From a virus (lineage: Duplodnaviria > Caudoviricetes), in IMG/VR virus record IMGVR_UViG_3300047275_000809, positions 1-28,694 of that record: a stretch of DNA of 28,694 nucleotides. One strand, given 5' to 3'. This document shows positions 24,884 to 28,694 of this stretch, piece by piece. The stretch's first letter is position 1; each line of letters opens with the position of its first letter. The position numbers and the translations under genes were made by a program. The notes under the pieces were generated by a model that saw only the letters and a program-made list of their open reading frames with translations, was not told the origin of the DNA and ran no database searches.

Positions 24884-25982
24884 CCTGTTCCGGTATTACA
24901 GGGCACTCCCGCACCAGCTGGCCGCAGTGACTGAACTGGAGGCAGCCATCAATAAGGCCAACCCCCACATCCTGGGCCGCGACCAAGGCTGGTTCAAAAC
25001 CTGGAGCGTCGCCGGCAAACAGAGCGATTTCCCCAACACATGGGAGGGCGTCGTCGAGGCTGCCCGTGTCGCCGGAGCTAAATTCCCCGAACTCGTCGCC
25101 GCCCAATGGGCACTGGAATCAAGCTACGGCAAACTCGTCTCCGGCCGCAACAACTTTTTCGGCCTCAAAGGCACCGGCAGCGCCACCACAACCCAAGAAT
25201 TCATCAACAACCAGTGGATCACAATTACTGACAGCTTCCTTGATTTTCCGGACTTACTCTCTTCTGTCATCTACCTCGTCGATCACTGGTACAAGGACTA
25301 CAAGCAATACAAGGGCTGCAATAACGCCACCACCCGTGAAGACGCTGCCAAGTGGCTGGTCAAGGAAAAATACGCCACTGACCCTAACTACGCGGGCAAA
25401 CTAATCGCCCTGATGGACCAACACGCTGGTACAAACCCAGCCGTAAAGCCCAAGGAACGTATTCTCAAAGTCCCCTACGAATACCAGCTCGGCCCTGACG
25501 ATGGGGCCACCGGTTACCGCCAGTGCTTTAGCTCCAGCTGTGCAATGGTGGCGCGGTATTACGGCAAGATCTCAGGCGACTACGAGTACAACAAACTCCG
25601 TGCCCGCTTCGGTGATACCACCGACCCCAAAGCCCAACTAGCAGCCTTGAAAGCACTGGGACTGACCGCCTCGTTCGAGATGGACGGCACAGTGGAAGAC
25701 CTCGAAAACGAGATCAGCGCCGGCCACCCCGTCCCTGTCGGCTGGCTCCACAAGGGCCCTGCCTCTGCCCCCTCAGGCACCGGCCACTGGAGCGTCGTCG
25801 TGGGCTTCACCCCAACGCACATCATCCATAACGATCCGAACGGCGAGGCCAACCTCGTCAGCGGCGGCTACGTCAGCCACAAGGGTGGCGCCAACATCCC
25901 CTACTCCAGAAAAAACTGGCTACCCCGCTGGCTTGTTGACGGCAGCGACACCGGCTGGTGGATGAAAATCCGCACGAAGTAG
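24855..25982 (+). CDS. Endolysin: GH73 glucosaminidase plus C39-like peptidase
   Basis: AAQWALESSYG...NNFFGLKG...YATDPNYAGKL (GH73); QCFSSSCAM...GHWSVVVG...HNDP (Cys-His-Asp, C39-like). Confidence 0.85.
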   Translation: MTTNKLRLADLFRYYRALPHQLAAVTELEAAINKANPHILGRDQGWFKTWSVAGKQSDFPNTWEGVVEAARVAGAKFPELVAAQWALESSYGKLVSGRNNFFGLKGTGSATTTQEFINNQWITITDSFLDFPDLLSSVIYLVDHWYKDYKQYKGCNNATTREDAAKWLVKEKYATDPNYAGKLIALMDQHAGTNPAVKPKERILKVPYEYQLGPDDGATGYRQCFSSSCAMVARYYGKISGDYEYNKLRARFGDTTDPKAQLAALKALGLTASFEMDGTVEDLENEISAGHPVPVGWLHKGPASAPSGTGHWSVVVGFTPTHIIHNDPNGEANLVSGGYVSHKGGANIPYSRKNWLPRWLVDGSDTGWWMKIRTK

Positions 25983-25984
25983 CC

Positions 25985-26206
25985 ATGGAACCGCTTAAGC
26001 ACAGCACCGAGTCCGAGTTCCACAAGGCCGCCACAGACGCATGGCTCGTGGACCGCTTCAACAGCGGCGACTACCGCGGGCTACGCGAAGCCGCCCTAAT
26101 CCTCAACACGCTGCACCAGCTGGAACGCACAAAGTCGGCCTGGGCCATCCGCGAAGCCGCGAATAACCTGGCCGACCAATTCGGAATGGACCGTGACTCG
26201 GCCTAA
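25985..26206 (+). CDS. Hypothetical protein (73 aa)
   Basis: ATG 2 nt after the endolysin stop: MEPLKHSTESEF...WAIREAANNL. Confidence 0.65.
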   Translation: MEPLKHSTESEFHKAATDAWLVDRFNSGDYRGLREAALILNTLHQLERTKSAWAIREAANNLADQFGMDRDSA

Positions 26207-26388
26207 CCGGCCTGCCGCTCGTACGCCTGATGCAACCCGGTGTAGGTGGCGTGGAGCGGATGGTCCTTTTTATCGCGTCCATCTGCGAGGTATAACTCCT
26301 CCAGCCGATCCACCCGGGCCTGATCGGCCTGCACCCGAGCCCAAGCCTCCTGTGCCCACAGCGGCGGAGTCTGCGTTTCCTGCATCAA
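26203..26388 (-). CDS. Hypothetical protein (61 aa)
   Basis: Start overlaps the upstream - strand stop; LEELYLADGRDKKDHPLHATYTGL. Confidence 0.7.
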   Translation of the reverse strand: MMQETQTPPLWAQEAWARVQADQARVDRLEELYLADGRDKKDHPLHATYTGLHQAYERQAG

Positions 26389-26618
26389 CCTTCCCTCTTT
26401 TCTTGCATCAGTTTCGCCCTGGTGCGAGCAGCAGCCCGCGGACAGGTCGTGGAACGCACCAGCATAGGTTTCTTAGCAGCAGGCGGCGGCACCTCCACCC
26501 GCGCCTTCGGCCATTTGTAACGGGCGATCTCCAGCGCCCGAATCAGCGACTCTGCCCTCACCAGCTGGCGCAGAGCCCCCCGCCCGGGCAGCCAGATCTG
26601 CAGCTCATAGGTCGACAT
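26385..26618 (-). CDS. Hypothetical protein (77 aa)
   Basis: Likely start MSTYELQIWLPG at 26618, with a TGATG overlap. Confidence 0.7.
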   Translation of the reverse strand: MSTYELQIWLPGRGALRQLVRAESLIRALEIARYKWPKARVEVPPPAAKKPMLVRSTTCPRAAARTRAKLMQEKREG

Positions 26619-26833
26619 CACTTCCACGACCGCGGATACGCAGGCTCATCAATGCTGTGAACAAACACCGGACTGGTGGTGCATTCCATCACGGCCTTCG
26701 CAGCAGCAACCGCCCGCTCGTACGTCACCCAGCTCGACGCATCATCCTTGTTAGCCGTCAACCCGATCCCGTCCCCGGGCCCATACACCGCTGTGACCCA
26801 GCGATCCCCGGCCATCACCACGTAGCGCGTCAC
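26618..26833 (-). CDS. Hypothetical protein (71 aa)
   Basis: GTG start with -10 TAGGCT (26859-26864); coupled to the next gene. Confidence 0.7.
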   Translation of the reverse strand: MTRYVVMAGDRWVTAVYGPGDGIGLTANKDDASSWVTYERAVAAAKAVMECTTSPVFVHSIDEPAYPRSWK

Positions 26834-26912
26834 ACCAAAAATCCTTGACTACTGTGCAAGCCTAATGGCTTCCTGCCGGTACCGTCAGACTATGAAGAAA
26901 TCTGACTGAGCC

Positions 26913-27188
26913 TCATGCGTCTTGTTCCGACCCTTCCGGCGACTGCTTGGAGCGCATTCTTCCTTGTACTCTTCGCTGCACCGACTCCGCCCACGCCGCC
27001 TTATCTGCAGCCTCCGCAGCTCTGTAGTCCGAGGCCGGCAGAGCTTTTTCAAGTGCCGTATACACCATTTCACGTAGCATCCCGGTCACTTTTTTTCCTT
27101 CCCGCGCCGCCAGCTCCTCAGCCAGCTTGTACCGGTTCATATCCAGCAACAGCTGACAGTAAACCTTTTGTCCGTGGCGCAGCGGCAT
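26913..27188 (-). CDS. Ribbon-helix-helix-like transcriptional regulator
   Basis: Likely start ATG 27188. KVYCQLLLDMNRYKLAEELAAREGKKVTGMLREMVYTALEK fits strand-helix-G-helix. Extended -10 TGCTACTGT at 27212-27220. Confidence 0.65.
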   Translation of the reverse strand: MPLRHGQKVYCQLLLDMNRYKLAEELAAREGKKVTGMLREMVYTALEKALPASDYRAAEAADKAAWAESVQRRVQGRMRSKQSPEGSEQDA

Positions 27189-27238
27189 GACCGACCTATC
27201 TAATCTCTTACACAGTAGCATACTGCGACACACTAGAC

Positions 27239-27448
27239 CTACCAGCGCAAATCCTCATCCACCCCCTTCCTCCAGGCATTCGACTGCGCCACCCGCGCCC
27301 CACTCCTCTTCTGCCTGGAACCGCCCCGAATCCCCCGCGCCCACTCCAAAAACGCCGCGGCCCTCTGCAGATCCGCCGTCTTCGCCTGGCGCACCTCCCG
27401 CATCAACCACTCCATCACCAGCTCCCTACCCGTGCGAGCTGGACTCAT
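27239..27448 (-). CDS. Hypothetical protein (69 aa)
   Basis: ATGA-coupled to the upstream gene; basic and helical. Confidence 0.7.
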   Translation of the reverse strand: MSPARTGRELVMEWLMREVRQAKTADLQRAAAFLEWARGIRGGSRQKRSGARVAQSNAWRKGVDEDLRW

Positions 27449-27612
27449 GCGACTAACTCTGAGACCCGCAGCACCGACTGGACATGCTGCTCAGGACAAA
27501 GCTCCAGTGCCTTCTGCCGTGCGGTGAAGGCATCTGGAGCAGTAATAAAGACGTCGTGCATCGGGCCATGCCGCAGATACAACCGCACCCGATACTCGAC
27601 GTCGGTCGTCAC
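27445..27612 (-). CDS. Hypothetical protein (55 aa)
   Basis: MTTDVEYRVRLYLRHGPMHDVFITAPDAFTARQKALELCPEQHVQSVLRVSELVA; GTGA overlap with the polymerase stop and ATGA overlap with the next gene. Not in the ORF track. Confidence 0.75.
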   Translation of the reverse strand: MTTDVEYRVRLYLRHGPMHDVFITAPDAFTARQKALELCPEQHVQSVLRVSELVA

Positions 27613-28694
27613 TTGGCCTGGTCCCAGCTATCCCCGACCTTAGCCTCGGCAAGCGGCGGAATCTCCCCCAACCACTTAGCTTCTGCGGCTTCCATCACCG
27701 ACTGGAGCTGAACCGCCCAAGTTGCAGCGTGTTCTTCTACGACGAGCAGGATAATTTCGTCATGCACCACGCCGGCCAGCTGCACAACATCTTCCCCATC
27801 GGCCCTAAGTAACGGCCACAATTTGCCGAGCGTATGTTTGAGGACGGCTGCACCAGCGCCTTGGATTGGGGTGTTGCAACGCGTGGTGAGTTTGTTGTTC
27901 TCGCCCGGTAAAAACCGCCTGAGCCCCGAAACACGGACCGCGACAAATGGATTCTTCGCAGGCGCATTAGCAAGTGCAGCATTCGTGCGCTGCCATTGAC
28001 TGATGCCCTTATATGCAGCGTGGAACTTTTCCCGGACTTCCGCCGCCTCATCAAGATCCATCTGGATTCCCATACCTGCTGCATAGTTTCTGAGTCCTTT
28101 TGCACCCGATCCATATAACAATCCGAAGTTGGCCGACTTACTGACCTGGCGCTGCTCCTTTGTAACATCTTCCTCACTGACCCCATAAATCTGCATCGCC
28201 GTAATCGTATGCAGATCCTTCCCCTCCTGGAACGCCTGAGTCATAAGTTCATCTTGAGCTTCGGCAGCCGCCAGCCGCAGCTCCATCTGCGCGAAGTCCG
28301 CTACCACAAACTTCCACCCAGCTGGAGCCTGCACACAGGCCCTAAACCGCACATCCCGCGGAATCTGCTGCAGGTTGGGACTCATGCAACTCATTCGCCC
28401 TGTATCCGCCCCAAGCTGCAAATAGCTGGCACGAATAAACCCATCAGCCGCCACATTCTTTAACAAAGTCTCCGCCATCTGCCGCCGCTTCTCTACCTTT
28501 TTCCACCGCAAATAATCCGCAATAACCTTGTGGTCACCAATGTATTCCTGCAACGCCGACCGACTGGCACTCGGCTTATTTGTTTTCGGATCCACTGGAG
28601 CCTGCCCCAGCAACGCAGAAAACTTAACCAACAACTGTGCCGGGCTATTGAGATTAAACACCTGCGGATCCGGCTTCCCTTTCTTCTCACTCGG
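27609..28694 (-). CDS. polA: Family A DNA polymerase, C-terminal polymerase domain (5' truncated by window)
   Basis: FNLNSPAQL, TGRMSCMSPNLQQIP, motif A DFAQMELR, motif B RQVSKSANFGLLYG, NTPIQG, motif C VHDEI. The frame is open to the window end. Confidence 0.95.
   Translation of the reverse strand, partial: PSEKKGKPDPQVFNLNSPAQLLVKFSALLGQAPVDPKTNKPSASRSALQEYIGDHKVIADYLRWKKVEKRRQMAETLLKNVAADGFIRASYLQLGADTGRMSCMSPNLQQIPRDVRFRACVQAPAGWKFVVADFAQMELRLAAAEAQDELMTQAFQEGKDLHTITAMQIYGVSEEDVTKEQRQVSKSANFGLLYGSGAKGLRNYAAGMGIQMDLDEAAEVREKFHAAYKGISQWQRTNAALANAPAKNPFVAVRVSGLRRFLPGENNKLTTRCNTPIQGAGAAVLKHTLGKLWPLLRADGEDVVQLAGVVHDEIILLVVEEHAATWAVQLQSVMEAAEAKWLGEIPPLAEAKVGDSWDQAK

Noticed and set aside
25626-25632. 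CCCAAAG in the endolysin
   Set aside because: It is read CCC AAA GCC, not X XXY YYZ phase.
26193-27711. + strand Pro-rich ORFs 26193..26660, 26915..27190, 27187..27456 and 27484..27711
   Set aside because: They result from the C-rich strand; the - strand genes here are coupled by overlapping start/stop codons and explain the region.

Overview
A 28.7-kb segment of a tailed dsDNA phage with siphovirus-type gene content. It most resembles picocyanobacterial (Synechococcus/Cyanobium) siphoviruses; the host is inferred from protein motifs and -10-only promoters and is not proven. On the + strand the order is: portal C-terminus, a four-gene fibre cassette, scaffold, major capsid, head-tail joining genes, tail tube, tail assembly chaperone with a -1 frameshift, tape measure, tail tip genes, two extra tail-tube-like genes, tail fibre/receptor-binding/chaperone genes, and a lysis region with a GH73 + C39 endolysin. 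A convergent - strand block follows, with small genes, an RHH-like regulator and the C-terminal part of a family A DNA polymerase. Most notable: (1) an unannotated 46-aa holin-like gene ends in the same C CCA AAG / 6-nt spacer / stem-loop -1 frameshift cassette as the tail chaperone, predicting a 122-aa extended lysis protein; (2) stem-C-(A/C/U)GU-G-stem triloop hairpins cluster in the scaffold gene and the leaders of the capsid and tail-tube genes; (3) a possible bead-on-string fibre module sits between portal and scaffold; (4) an antisense HTH-like gene in the head operon shares a CATG start with a divergent ORF. All family assignments come from motif recognition by eye, with no database search.
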